This document shows positions 9,693 to 19,158 of a stretch of DNA of 64,000 nucleotides, piece by piece; the stretch's first letter is position 1; each line of letters starts with the position of its first letter. Location of the stretch: the IMG/VR virus record IMGVR_UViG_3300047170_000110. The stretch is one strand, 5' to 3'. The position numbers and the translations under genes were made by a program. This DNA is from an uncultured virus (IMG/VR IMGVR_UViG_3300047170_000110) (taxonomy: Duplodnaviria; Heunggongvirae; Uroviricota; Caudoviricetes). The notes under the pieces were generated by a model. That model worked only from the letters and a program-made list of their open reading frames with translations. It was not told the DNA's origin and did not search any database.

Positions 9693-10736
9693 TTATCCGC
9701 GAGCGACTTGGAGGATCTCGGTCTTGACGGTTTCGATCTGCTCGGGGCTGTACTTAGCAGAAGTCAGAAGTTCTTCAACCCCTTCTGTCCAATCTACCTG
9801 AGCAAATTTCTGCTGATCCAAGGACAGATCCGAATGGGTTTCTTCGAGAGGCGAATCGATCTTCGCGGCCTTGATGTCCAAGTCCTTCACGCAAGGCGGG
9901 ATGTAGGGCGGGATGCGGCTCGCCTCGACATGTAGCTGGTACCAGTGGAGCGAACCCTCGGGGATTTGTTCCAGGCTCTTGATCTGGTGCAGCTCGATGA
10001 TCGACTTGATTGGGATGAAGCGCGGGCGCCAGTCGAACTCCAGATCGTGGATGTCCACGACGATGCAGCCCTTATTCGGCAAATCTCCGTAGTTCCACTG
10101 ACCCGGAGCGCCTGAATACCAGGCGTGCGGCAGGTTGAGCCGCTGGTACTTGTGGATGTCCCCACAGGCGAAGTATTTCACGCCTTGAATGTCCGGTACG
10201 TACACGCCGGAAGTCGCCTTCCAGCCCACATCCGTCACGATCCCCTTGAAGCATTCGTGCAGGACGATGACGTGCTGGTTGGAGTAGTTGGAGCGTAGGT
10301 ATTCCTCGAACTCCTCTTGTTTCTTGAGGCCGGTCCAAGGGCAAGCCAGGACTCGAATCTCTCCGAAGGTGAGAGATTGGGGGCCCGCGAGCGTGACGGT
10401 CACATTCGGGATGTTCAGGAGCTTCAGGTAGTTCTGTTGGAATTCTCCGACGGCCATCTCGTCATGGTTGCCAGGCGTCACCAGAACCGGGCAGACTTCC
10501 CCGAACTCTCGGAGAACGCCCAGGAGAGCCAGCAGCTCCTCGATGGTCGTGCTGGAGTTCTCGAACAGGTCGCCCGCGATAATCGCGAGATCGACCTTCT
10601 CGCGCCGGGCTACCTCGATGACTTGGCGCCAATGCCACACCTGCCTCTCCAGGTATTCCATGGGATTGAGGGATTTGGCGGTGAGGCGGCGACCGGCTCC
10701 GGCATGCCAGTCCGAGGTGTGTAGGAGTTTCAGCAT
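9693..10736 (-). CDS. sbcD: SbcD/Mre11-like metallophosphoesterase nuclease
   Basis: HTSDWH, AGDLFE, PGNHD, GDIH, YSGAP motifs. Confidence 0.9.
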   Translation of the reverse strand: MLKLLHTSDWHAGAGRRLTAKSLNPMEYLERQVWHWRQVIEVARREKVDLAIIAGDLFENSSTTIEELLALLGVLREFGEVCPVLVTPGNHDEMAVGEFQQNYLKLLNIPNVTVTLAGPQSLTFGEIRVLACPWTGLKKQEEFEEYLRSNYSNQHVIVLHECFKGIVTDVGWKATSGVYVPDIQGVKYFACGDIHKYQRLNLPHAWYSGAPGQWNYGDLPNKGCIVVDIHDLEFDWRPRFIPIKSIIELHQIKSLEQIPEGSLHWYQLHVEASRIPPYIPPCVKDLDIKAAKIDSPLEETHSDLSLDQQKFAQVDWTEGVEELLTSAKYSPEQIETVKTEILQVARG

Positions 10737-10999
10737 CAGAGTTCCTTGTCGATCAAGAGGTGATAGGGATCGATCGTTTCGATCGAGATGTAGAATTTGT
10801 GTTCGGCCCTCAGGGGCTTCCCCTCGGCCTGGACTTTGATCCGGGCAGGGAGTTCGGCGAAGGCAGTCCCAGCCTTAGCGACGCAGATAGCGCTCGTCAA
10901 CTCCAAGTCCTTCTTTTCAACCCGGACCTTCACGGCCGCCCAGGGCTTTTCGAGGATGACCGGATAGTTGGGTATTTCGGATTTGTGCAGGAGGTGCAT
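10736..10999 (-). CDS. Hypothetical protein
   Basis: Coupled to sbcD. Confidence 0.6.
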   Translation of the reverse strand: MHLLHKSEIPNYPVILEKPWAAVKVRVEKKDLELTSAICVAKAGTAFAELPARIKVQAEGKPLRAEHKFYISIETIDPYHLLIDKEL

Positions 11000-11002
11000 C
11001 GG

Positions 11003-11437
11003 TTACTCTAACGGGTTGTTCGATTTCCACTTCACTGAGACGAAGAAATCTTTCGAGTTAAAGGCCATGACCCGGAACTTGGCGTCCGAGAAGCAGACCT
11101 TGATCTTGCTGTACTTGAGCCCGGCTTTCTTGAGGTCTTGGACTTTACCTAGAACCTTTGTGTAATAAATCGCCGCGCCGTACTCATGGAGGTTCATAAA
11201 TTCGGGGGGCTTGCCGAGGAGGACCAGGTATCCGATCATGGTGTTCTTGAAATTGCGGATCTCGAAGCACTTGATCGAGTCGGAGCGGCAGATCTCCTTG
11301 AACTGGATCTCTTCTTGTGTCGGTTGGAGGGAGAAGTACAGGTAGGTTTTACCTTGGATGATTTTGTGGATAGGCGCGGATTGAGCGATCTGGTTGATCT
11401 CAGATTGGAGCGCTTTGGTGAAAGTGAGTTTGACCAT
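11003..11437 (-). CDS. Hypothetical protein
   Basis: Class-M motif CTTGGTAAAA 7 nt before the ATG. Confidence 0.65.
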   Translation of the reverse strand: MVKLTFTKALQSEINQIAQSAPIHKIIQGKTYLYFSLQPTQEEIQFKEICRSDSIKCFEIRNFKNTMIGYLVLLGKPPEFMNLHEYGAAIYYTKVLGKVQDLKKAGLKYSKIKVCFSDAKFRVMAFNSKDFFVSVKWKSNNPLE

Positions 11438-11457
11438 ATCCTTCTTTTACCAAGATC

Positions 11458-12645
11458 CTATCGGGCGCGAACGGGCATCCAATAAAGCAGGTTTTTATGC
11501 TCGAATTGCTGATACAGGATCACCGTTTGGGTGAAGATCTCCATGTTCAGTTCGTGGTTCTTGTCCATGCATTTCAGGTAGTCGCGCAAGCAGGCCGCTT
11601 GGAAGTTCACCCGCATGGGGGTGGGTGCGGCATTTTTGGTCTTGCCGTCGATCTGCACTTCGCTGTGTGAAAGCCGGGCTGAGATCGTGTAGGTGTCATC
11701 GATGATCGAGAATTCGAGAGGCACCTCCTGGAACTCCTTCTCGCCTCGGTAGAAAACGGTAGCCCTCTCCACTTTTTTACCGAATTCGGCCGGGTCGAAC
11801 GTCAAGCAGGAGTCCTGCTTGGCCCTCGTTTCGGTCGCACCCGTCGGGATGTGTTCCATCGGTTTCACGAAATTCGGTTGCATCCACCGGAGCTTCTTGA
11901 AGCCTTGTGTGTTGAGTTTTACTTCCGCCATCGTCAACCGGTTCGACTGCTTTAGCACGAGTGCCGAGAAGTCCTCGATCTTGGTGAAGGGGGTGAGGAA
12001 GTCGTGCAGGGTCATCAGCTTCGTGAAGTTGTGGACCGCCTGGAAGTCGTCCGAGCGGAACGTGTGCCAATAGGCCCCTAGCTCGTCTTCCGAGTAGACC
12101 TGGAACTTGTCGTCAGCGAGCTTCTCGAACGCGATCCGTTCGGGGATTTTTTTCTTCTGCCCGAAGCTGTCGGGGAGGTCGAGATTCGCGTACAGCTCGT
12201 TCATGAGGTCTTGGGCGAAGATGATCCCGGGGGTCTCGTTGAACTGGTCGAGGTTTTGGTGGTTGCGCTCCCACGTATCCCCGTTCCGAAGCGGGATGCG
12301 GAAGTTTTGGCCGGATGCCATGAATTGGACACGCTTGTCGCCCGATGCCCGGCCCGATGCAGGCTTGACGAGATAGAGCGGCTCCACGTCGAACGGGTAG
12401 TTGGACAGATAGGACATGTCGAGGAAGATGGGTTCTTCAAGCTCTTTCGTATCGGCGACCAAGACGGCTTCGATGTAGCTGGAATCCGCGCCGACCGAGA
12501 CATGCAGGTCGTCGCCCTCGCGGGCGAGCCGAAGCTCCAAGCCCTTCTTCGATTCCGTCGTGGAGGCGAGCCACTTGGAGGCGGCCTCGATGAACATCGC
12601 GAAGGGTTTTACGGGGAGTTGTATTTTTGCGTTCGCTTTAGCCAC
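11458..12645 (-). CDS. Probable DNA sliding clamp (beta-clamp-like)
   Basis: ~395 aa, three-domain size, C-terminal VNFQAACLRDYL...LLYWMPVR resembling the beta-clamp end; next to the helicase, with a clamp loader elsewhere in the window. Confidence 0.55.
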   Translation of the reverse strand: MAKANAKIQLPVKPFAMFIEAASKWLASTTESKKGLELRLAREGDDLHVSVGADSSYIEAVLVADTKELEEPIFLDMSYLSNYPFDVEPLYLVKPASGRASGDKRVQFMASGQNFRIPLRNGDTWERNHQNLDQFNETPGIIFAQDLMNELYANLDLPDSFGQKKKIPERIAFEKLADDKFQVYSEDELGAYWHTFRSDDFQAVHNFTKLMTLHDFLTPFTKIEDFSALVLKQSNRLTMAEVKLNTQGFKKLRWMQPNFVKPMEHIPTGATETRAKQDSCLTFDPAEFGKKVERATVFYRGEKEFQEVPLEFSIIDDTYTISARLSHSEVQIDGKTKNAAPTPMRVNFQAACLRDYLKCMDKNHELNMEIFTQTVILYQQFEHKNLLYWMPVRAR

Positions 12646-12651
12646 GGAGCC

Positions 12652-14046
12652 TCACAGGGTCATCGGTTTCAGGGTGCTGGCGGAAGGGGCGTGGGAAGCG
12701 TCCGCGCCGTTGCCGAACGATTCGGAGAACCCGCAGTATTCAAATTCCGCCTGCAAATTAAATTTACACGGTGCGAAGTTTCGAAGCTTATTCTGATCCA
12801 CCTCGACTAGTCCACCCGCTTCTTTGATGGCGTCGTTCCAATCCCACAACCACACCCCGTCGGAGTGGTGGCGGATCGATTTGGCATACTTGATATTTTT
12901 GGTTTCGTCATCGATCTGGACTACCATGATGACTGCGCAGCGGGTGCGCTCGGCGAATCGTTTCATCAGACGGAAGGCTTCCCCGATGTTCCACCACATG
13001 CTCTCCTTGGGGTTGATCGTCGCCATCAGGTTGATGTAGTCGATCACGACGATGTCGAAGTTCATCGGTTCGATCATCGTGATGAGCTGGGGGACGTTTA
13101 GATCTCGCGAAGGGCAGTTGTACTCTAGGCGCTTGCCGAACTTCTCCCCGTGGGCGAGGAACCGGGCGAAGATCTGATCGGATTTCTTGCGCTCAGCCGC
13201 CGTCAGTGTCTGGAGCTGGAAGCGATTGCTCGGGATTCGAGTGAGGTTCGGTTGGTTGCGGAGCAGGCACTCGGCCTTGCCCATTTCGAACGTGTTGTAA
13301 TTGACCGAGAAGGCTTGGGTGGGTTGGATGCCCTTGACGAATACTTCGTAGGGCGTGAGGCCCCCCAGGTGCGCCTGGATGGAGAGTTGATTGGCCAGGG
13401 TGGATTTGCCGCCGCCCGAGGGGGCTCCGAACGTATAGAGACGACCCCGGCCCAAGCCTCCCTGCGTCTTGTCTATGAATTTGAAACCGGTTTGCATGAA
13501 GCGATCTGCGACCGCCTGATTCATGGTCTCTTCGTAGAAATCCATCGCCTTGTCGTTGTTGAACCCGTAGGTCAGCAGGTCATCCAGCATGTCAGGGTTC
13601 TGGAGGGCCGCGAGCCCCCGTTCCAACGTCACCTTGGCTTGGAGGATGTCCCCCTGTTGGGGAACAAGCAGCTCGGTTACTTTCTTGGCGACCGCGCCCA
13701 TCACCCGGCCCTGCCGGTAGTAGTTGAGCTGCTCCATCGCATGCTCGATTTCGTGGGATTCGAAGGCGGGCACATCTCCCTTCAGGAGAGTCTGGGCGCC
13801 CTCAGAGAGGACCGGATCGCTTACGAAGGTCTGGAGGCTCGGAAACTGCTTGCCGTTGTTCTTGAGGTTCTGGAGGCGTTCCCAGATCTCCCGGGCGAGC
13901 GGAAGCCCGAACCAGTCCGCAGACAGGTTGACGATGAAGGTCGGTTCCTTCTTGTCTAAAATGGACTTGAGAACCCGGGTCTCTAGGACCGGATCAAACT
14001 GCTGCACAATTACACACTCCCCACGCGGTAAAATGCGGATTAGCAA
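12652..14046 (-). CDS. dnaB: DnaB-like replicative helicase
   Basis: GAPSGGGKST Walker A, FEM, VVIDYINLM Walker B, VQI, KLRN. Confidence 0.88.
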   Translation of the reverse strand: MLIRILPRGECVIVQQFDPVLETRVLKSILDKKEPTFIVNLSADWFGLPLAREIWERLQNLKNNGKQFPSLQTFVSDPVLSEGAQTLLKGDVPAFESHEIEHAMEQLNYYRQGRVMGAVAKKVTELLVPQQGDILQAKVTLERGLAALQNPDMLDDLLTYGFNNDKAMDFYEETMNQAVADRFMQTGFKFIDKTQGGLGRGRLYTFGAPSGGGKSTLANQLSIQAHLGGLTPYEVFVKGIQPTQAFSVNYNTFEMGKAECLLRNQPNLTRIPSNRFQLQTLTAAERKKSDQIFARFLAHGEKFGKRLEYNCPSRDLNVPQLITMIEPMNFDIVVIDYINLMATINPKESMWWNIGEAFRLMKRFAERTRCAVIMVVQIDDETKNIKYAKSIRHHSDGVWLWDWNDAIKEAGGLVEVDQNKLRNFAPCKFNLQAEFEYCGFSESFGNGADASHAPSASTLKPMTL

Positions 14047-14097
14047 AAATTATCGGGTGAGACAAGCTTCGCGGCAACCCGGGGTTAATTTTAAGAT

Positions 14098-15126
14098 ATG
14101 GCTCTCCCACCGCCGCCTCCCGGATATTTGAACAGAAAAGTCGCCCAGTCGATGGAAGAGGCGGTCCAGACCTTCACGGCGGATCACATCAAGACTCTCG
14201 TGAAGGCGGGTATTCAGCGCTACATCGAGAGCTTCATGAATAAGGACGGGGGCAACCGGGGTCTGTATGAAACCTTTACTAAAATGGGGCTTCAGTACAT
14301 CACCGACAAGTCCTTCGATGCGACTAGCGACCCCACCCTCCGCAAGCTCCAGATCGCCCGATTGTTTGAGCAGCTTCATCAACAGCTGCCTGCCATCTTG
14401 ATCGTCGATTCGGACTTCAAAAATTTGCCGATGAATTTCACCGGACTGGAGCGGGTTCGTTTCCAGAACGGCTACTGGTACGGCACGCTCCAAGTGGTCC
14501 GCCAGCTCACCATCTCGGTCGTGGCCGGGACGACTTCCCAAACCAACACCGACTTCCTCCAGAGTCTTCTCTCCGTCATGTTCGGGGAGATCAAGTTCCT
14601 AGCCGGGGGAGGGCGGATGACGGGCAACCGGGCCCTGGGCGAGACCTGGGTGATGACGTTGGGCCTGCCGGTCCTGGGCGGGATCACGCAGACTCCGATC
14701 GGGGAAGATCCGAAGGACAAGGCGTGGGCGACGACGATCGAGATCCCCGACATCTTGTTCGAGGACAGCATCACGATCCAGCAGAAGCTTTCCACCTTCA
14801 CGGCCGGTCAGCGGATCATGAATCCTACGGGGAACATCGGCGATACACCGCCGGTCATTTACGCGCCCGCGACGATCCCGATGAACCAGAGCACGCAGGT
14901 GCGGCTCAATTACTTCCAGCCGTCCATCCAGCGGGTCATCATCTCGGATCCGAACATCGCGACGTACGAGCCGCAGAGCCGGATGATTACGCCTCGCAGG
15001 CTCGGTACTTTCGAGCTTCAGGTGATCCAACCGAATCCGCCTCCGGGTCAGGGGCTTTATAACCAGCAGAACGGTTCGACTATGAAGGTCGTTGCGTCGC
15101 AAACCATCAAGGTTACGCCTCGATGA
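14098..15126 (+). CDS. Late structural protein (possible tail completion/neck) with Ig-like C-terminus
   Basis: Class-L motif GGGGTTAATTTTAAG; C-terminal ISDPNIATY...ITPRRLGTFEL Ig-like strands. Confidence 0.5.
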   Translation: MALPPPPPGYLNRKVAQSMEEAVQTFTADHIKTLVKAGIQRYIESFMNKDGGNRGLYETFTKMGLQYITDKSFDATSDPTLRKLQIARLFEQLHQQLPAILIVDSDFKNLPMNFTGLERVRFQNGYWYGTLQVVRQLTISVVAGTTSQTNTDFLQSLLSVMFGEIKFLAGGGRMTGNRALGETWVMTLGLPVLGGITQTPIGEDPKDKAWATTIEIPDILFEDSITIQQKLSTFTAGQRIMNPTGNIGDTPPVIYAPATIPMNQSTQVRLNYFQPSIQRVIISDPNIATYEPQSRMITPRRLGTFELQVIQPNPPPGQGLYNQQNGSTMKVVASQTIKVTPR

Positions 15127-15236
15127 GCCTCTGGAAGCTGTTAGGCAATCTGTTTTATGCTATCGGGATTTCGGTCGCTTGTACGATCGTGCTATTCGCC
15201 GCGATGACTCTCATCCATGTTTTCTCAGGACCTTAA
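15123..15236 (+). CDS. Small membrane protein (37 aa)
   Basis: ATGA overlap; a single hydrophobic stretch. Confidence 0.4.
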   Translation: MSLWKLLGNLFYAIGISVACTIVLFAAMTLIHVFSGP

Positions 15237-15253
15237 TTCAAGGCAATAAGACC

Positions 15254-15658
15254 TCAATTTGAGGTAGGGAAAACGAGGATCACTTGGCTATCGTAGAACG
15301 GGCCGTAAAGCGAATGGCCCGGATCCATTTTCGAAACGACGGGGATCCAGCCCGGGTGCAGCGGCCACGGGCACCAGCCTTGGATCGGTAGGAGTGGGAG
15401 CCCTTTGTTGACCTGGAGAAACTGGGAGACGACCTTCGGGTCGTAGTACCCACGCTCGCCTTTCGGGCGCGACTGGAAGTAGCCGTCGAGGATCCGGAGG
15501 TCGTCAGCCCGTTTGGGGTTGAGCGGAAGGAAAGTTCCTTCGAGTCGTGCGCCGCGAGGGACCGGGTCGGCATGGTTCAGCCAGAGGGTTCCGCTCGTGG
15601 AGGGCACGAGGAGGCCCAAATAGTTCGGTTCCAGATCGGCCAGGCAGAGTTCGCGCAT
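15254..15658 (-). CDS. Hypothetical protein
   Basis: ORF following the 15665 gene. Confidence 0.55.
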   Translation of the reverse strand: MRELCLADLEPNYLGLLVPSTSGTLWLNHADPVPRGARLEGTFLPLNPKRADDLRILDGYFQSRPKGERGYYDPKVVSQFLQVNKGLPLLPIQGWCPWPLHPGWIPVVSKMDPGHSLYGPFYDSQVILVFPTSN

Positions 15659-15664
15659 CGGTCG

Positions 15665-16600
15665 TTACCCTCGGAGGTAATTTACCAGGAGCTTGGAGCT
15701 TTTCATCTCGCGAAAGACTTTCGCTCCCAGGTGGCGCTCGATGTGGGTCTTGAGCTTCGCGTACGAGAGGCCGTCCCGCTTCATCCCCTTACGTTCGAGA
15801 AACTGACGAAATTGGATCTCGTGGGGCTCCTCGGCGAAGTTCAAAAGGAGTGCGACCCCTTGGAAAGCGACTGGACTGAGCATCTTCCTCAAGTCTTCAC
15901 GGAGCACGACGGTTGTCTGGTCGGCGTCGATCTCCAGAGCGTTCGACGCGTAGCTTTGGTGGACGACCTTCTCCAGCGCTTCCTCGTCATCGATCTTGGA
16001 ACGGAGCATCCGGGGCGAGCGGTTATCCAGGTACGTGTTGGTTTTTTGCTTCACGCAATAGGACAGGTAGTTGGCAATTTCTTCAGGGTCGGTCGTTTTG
16101 AAGTTCGTCCACTCCTTGTTGAGGATGGCAAGAGCTTCGCAGGTCAGGTCCTGTTGGATGTCGATCCGATGTTCGTGCATCCGGTCAAATTCCGGAAGGA
16201 AGCGGCCTCGGTAGGATTGTCGTTTGATTGCGCCCTTGAAGAGCTGCCCGACGATCTCGTCCCGAGAGAGGCTGGGCAAATTGGCCAGTCGCTCCTGAAG
16301 GATTTTGAGGTCCGCTGTCTTGAGGATTTTCCTGGCGAACAGGTAATCTTCGAGGCACGGGATCTTCTTGCGCGGGTCGCACATTACCTGCGGCAAAACT
16401 TGAAGCAGGTAAAAGTTTCCGGACCATAGCGGTGTCGCGAGCTTACTGTCTACACCCAAAGCCTTCAGCCGATCCTTCAGCTGTTTCGGCCTTTTGATGA
16501 GGCGCATACCGTACAGCAGAGACTCCTTGGCCACGCATTCCATTTGATGCGGAGCCTTTCCCCACTCAATCGCCAATCGGCGAATTCTTTCCATGAACAT
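15665..16600 (-). CDS. Hypothetical protein, possibly a divergent sigma-like factor
   Basis: DIQQDLTCEALAIL...IANYLSYCVKQKTNTYL resembles sigma region 2; helical C-terminus. Confidence 0.4.
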   Translation of the reverse strand: MFMERIRRLAIEWGKAPHQMECVAKESLLYGMRLIKRPKQLKDRLKALGVDSKLATPLWSGNFYLLQVLPQVMCDPRKKIPCLEDYLFARKILKTADLKILQERLANLPSLSRDEIVGQLFKGAIKRQSYRGRFLPEFDRMHEHRIDIQQDLTCEALAILNKEWTNFKTTDPEEIANYLSYCVKQKTNTYLDNRSPRMLRSKIDDEEALEKVVHQSYASNALEIDADQTTVVLREDLRKMLSPVAFQGVALLLNFAEEPHEIQFRQFLERKGMKRDGLSYAKLKTHIERHLGAKVFREMKSSKLLVNYLRG

Positions 16601-16702
16601 GTAGGGAAGATGCTGAGGCAGGAGATTGCATCTTGCAAATAATTAATGTGATGCGCTGTGCAAAATGAATAAATTACCTGAGCGATCAGGTTAAGTGTCG
16701 GG

Positions 16703-17212
16703 TTACTTTTTGGGTTTCCGGAGGGATTCGATCTGCTCGCGGCGCAGTGGGAATTTCTGCTTGAGCATGTCCGCGACGGTGCTCCGGATCACGCGGGCTA
16801 CCCCGGCAGGCTTGCCGAGTTGACTGGGCATCTCGTACCCCGCAAGCCGGAGTAACTCCATGTAAAGTCCCGGGAGTTCCACAACCGTTCGCATTTCCTC
16901 GTCGGGTTTTTTCTTGATCTCTTTTTTCAAGACCATCTCGCGGGCGACAAGAGCGGCGAATTCCAAAAGCTTTTTACGGGCGGCTAAATCGTGCGGGAAA
17001 ATCGCAACCGAAGTCGGCTCGACCTCATGGCTTCGCTTGGGGTTGGCGATCATGTACGCGAGCGCGTGGAGGTTTTGATGACATGCGTTATCCAAGTCGG
17101 CCAAATTGGAAGGCGCATCCGATCCGCCTAAGGATTTTGGGACCCGATGGTGCTCGTGATAGAGGGACTCTGGATAATCTTTTCGGCAGATTTCGCAGGT
17201 GAAAGAACGCAT
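16703..17212 (-). CDS. HNH endonuclease-domain protein
   Basis: CEIC...HHRVPKSLGG...NL...CHQNLH. Confidence 0.8.
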   Translation of the reverse strand: MRSFTCEICRKDYPESLYHEHHRVPKSLGGSDAPSNLADLDNACHQNLHALAYMIANPKRSHEVEPTSVAIFPHDLAARKKLLEFAALVAREMVLKKEIKKKPDEEMRTVVELPGLYMELLRLAGYEMPSQLGKPAGVARVIRSTVADMLKQKFPLRREQIESLRKPKK

Positions 17213-17360
17213 GAGTCAACAATAACGCCGATTCCGAGGAGGGAGATGAGAATGAAATAGCCGAACTGACCCATAGTTATAAACTGAGGGGTCAGTCGCG
17301 TTATGTCAATTCGGGCCTAGCTTTTTTAGAAAACTTGGCCTTCGCTTTTTCGGAAACCGA

Positions 17361-18590
17361 TTAGAAGCCGGAGTTCAGTCCCACACGAAGGAAGAGCGCG
17401 GAAGTGTGGAGTTGGTAGTAGATGAACTCCACACCGGAACTGACGATGTAGTTGAGCCGGTTCCCTACGATCGCTGCACCTTCGGTGGCCATCCACTGTG
17501 TGGCGAGCGGCAGGAGGGTCAAAGCCACGGGATCGAACTCGTAGATCTTACCGGTAGCGTTCAATTGGATGAGAAGGCGGTTGTTCATCGCGGAGGAATT
17601 TGAAGGTCCCCCCGTGACGAGCGGGTTGATCCGAGGAATCGAGTGGGTGCCGGTCGTGTAAGTTTCCGTCGCAGGGACGTAAGCCAAAGCAGAAGACCAC
17701 GTCGTGGTGGACATGGAATACTGATAAATGACGGCGCTGGCTCCGCCCTTAACGAGGATCAGTTTGTCGGAGTCGTATCCTGGCAGCCAGTGAAGGCCGT
17801 TTCCTGCCCCTACGGCAACAGGAATCGCGCCGGTAGCGGTGGACCACGTGTTTCCGGAGATCGAATAAGCCAGAAGGGCCGTGGCGGCGTTCCCCACGAA
17901 GTAGATGACGTTGCACCAGTAGGCGTTAGCTCCGGAGGTGAGGGCGGAAGGGATAGCCGCCACCGTCAGCGAAGTAGCCGAAGCCGCAGCGGCGGTCGTG
18001 ACCATAACGGTGATCGGGGCTGAAGAGGTCCCGAAGTTCAGGATCGTGTTCGCAGCCATCGCGGCAGGCAGGGCGTTGACCGCAAGAGTCGTGGCTCCGA
18101 GGCTGGCGTTGGAGGAGAGCTGGACGGCGTTACGGTTCGTGTAGTTGTCCTGCCCGTTCATGTCGTACGCCGGGTCGGGTTTGCACATGTCGGCATCCGT
18201 ACCGATCGTAGCGGGCAATCCGGTGACCGTCTTGGCTGCCGACCACGTGTTGGTTCCGATGTCGTAGTTGTAGAAGACCGGAGTACCGGCGCTCGCGATG
18301 ATCGCCCAGAGCGAACCCTTGGCAGTCGTTCCGTAGCCTGGGTCGAAGATCATGCAGGTGCCCGCACCCACCGTACCGCCGGTAGGATTTGCGAGCTGCT
18401 GCCATGTGCAGGCATACGTATCGAAACGCCAGAAGTTGGTGGCGTTGAAAAGCTGGTAGATGAAACGGTTGTTCCCACGGGGATCCGTTGCGTTCACCAC
18501 CCCGGTCGCGCTTGCTCCCGCAGCCGCAGGGGTTTGTTGTTCCCAGATGGGAAGATCCAAAACCGGAAGATTATTGTTTACGACTGACAT
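17361..18590 (-). CDS. Beta-propeller (Kelch-like) virion/fibre-tip protein
   Basis: Repeated YDIGTNTWS / YSISGNTWS / YSMSTTTWS blades; last gene of the fibre operon. Confidence 0.7.
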   Translation of the reverse strand: MSVVNNNLPVLDLPIWEQQTPAAAGASATGVVNATDPRGNNRFIYQLFNATNFWRFDTYACTWQQLANPTGGTVGAGTCMIFDPGYGTTAKGSLWAIIASAGTPVFYNYDIGTNTWSAAKTVTGLPATIGTDADMCKPDPAYDMNGQDNYTNRNAVQLSSNASLGATTLAVNALPAAMAANTILNFGTSSAPITVMVTTAAAASATSLTVAAIPSALTSGANAYWCNVIYFVGNAATALLAYSISGNTWSTATGAIPVAVGAGNGLHWLPGYDSDKLILVKGGASAVIYQYSMSTTTWSSALAYVPATETYTTGTHSIPRINPLVTGGPSNSSAMNNRLLIQLNATGKIYEFDPVALTLLPLATQWMATEGAAIVGNRLNYIVSSGVEFIYYQLHTSALFLRVGLNSGF

Positions 18591-18611
18591 GGAGGGCTCC
18601 TTTGGCTAAGT

Positions 18612-19145
18612 TCAGATAGGGTTAAGATTGCGACGGAAAGAGCTTTGATAGATCAAAGCGGACTCCGCCTGAGATTGACCTGCGGGGGAGAAACTCGTTC
18701 CGAGCGTCACGCTCCCCACCGAGTTGGTCGAGGCCTGGAGGGTGGAATTCGTCGTGACCGTTCCACTCACCGTGGTCGTGACCGTATTCGTGATGTTGGC
18801 GTTGAGGGCCGCTCCGGAAGCGGAAGCGGTGAAAGTCAGGGATCCGAGCTTCTTCAGGATGCGCTCCAAGAAGCCCCCCATAAAGCTTGCGCTCGGCACC
18901 GAAAGATCTTCGTAGAAGATCTGGATCTTATCCGTGTTCGTTAACGCAGAGGTATTTTGTGCAAGAGTCAGGACGTTCCCTGCAACCGTACCGCCGTATC
19001 CGGAGAGGGTCGGGTTGTAGAGCACTTGATTTTGAGTCGCGTCCAAAACGAGCAGGATGTTTTCTTGCACTATGGATGTGTAACCGTTGAACACGATCTG
19101 GTTCGAGGCTGGGAGGAATGTGTAGTTTGTAACGATTGTCCGCAT
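18612..19145 (-). CDS. Fibre adaptor/structural protein
   Basis: GGAG RBS places the start at MRTIVTNYTF (19145); YTF...ILLVLDATQNQVLYN phage structural pattern. Confidence 0.7.
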   Translation of the reverse strand: MRTIVTNYTFLPASNQIVFNGYTSIVQENILLVLDATQNQVLYNPTLSGYGGTVAGNVLTLAQNTSALTNTDKIQIFYEDLSVPSASFMGGFLERILKKLGSLTFTASASGAALNANITNTVTTTVSGTVTTNSTLQASTNSVGSVTLGTSFSPAGQSQAESALIYQSSFRRNLNPI

Positions 19146-19158
19146 TTTTATCTCCGGT

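Noticed and set aside
13825..13850. FPSLQTFV in the helicase, resembling the cargo tag
   Set aside because: It lies inside a replication enzyme, lacks the terminal Leu/Ala pattern and has no clear class-L promoter; probably chance
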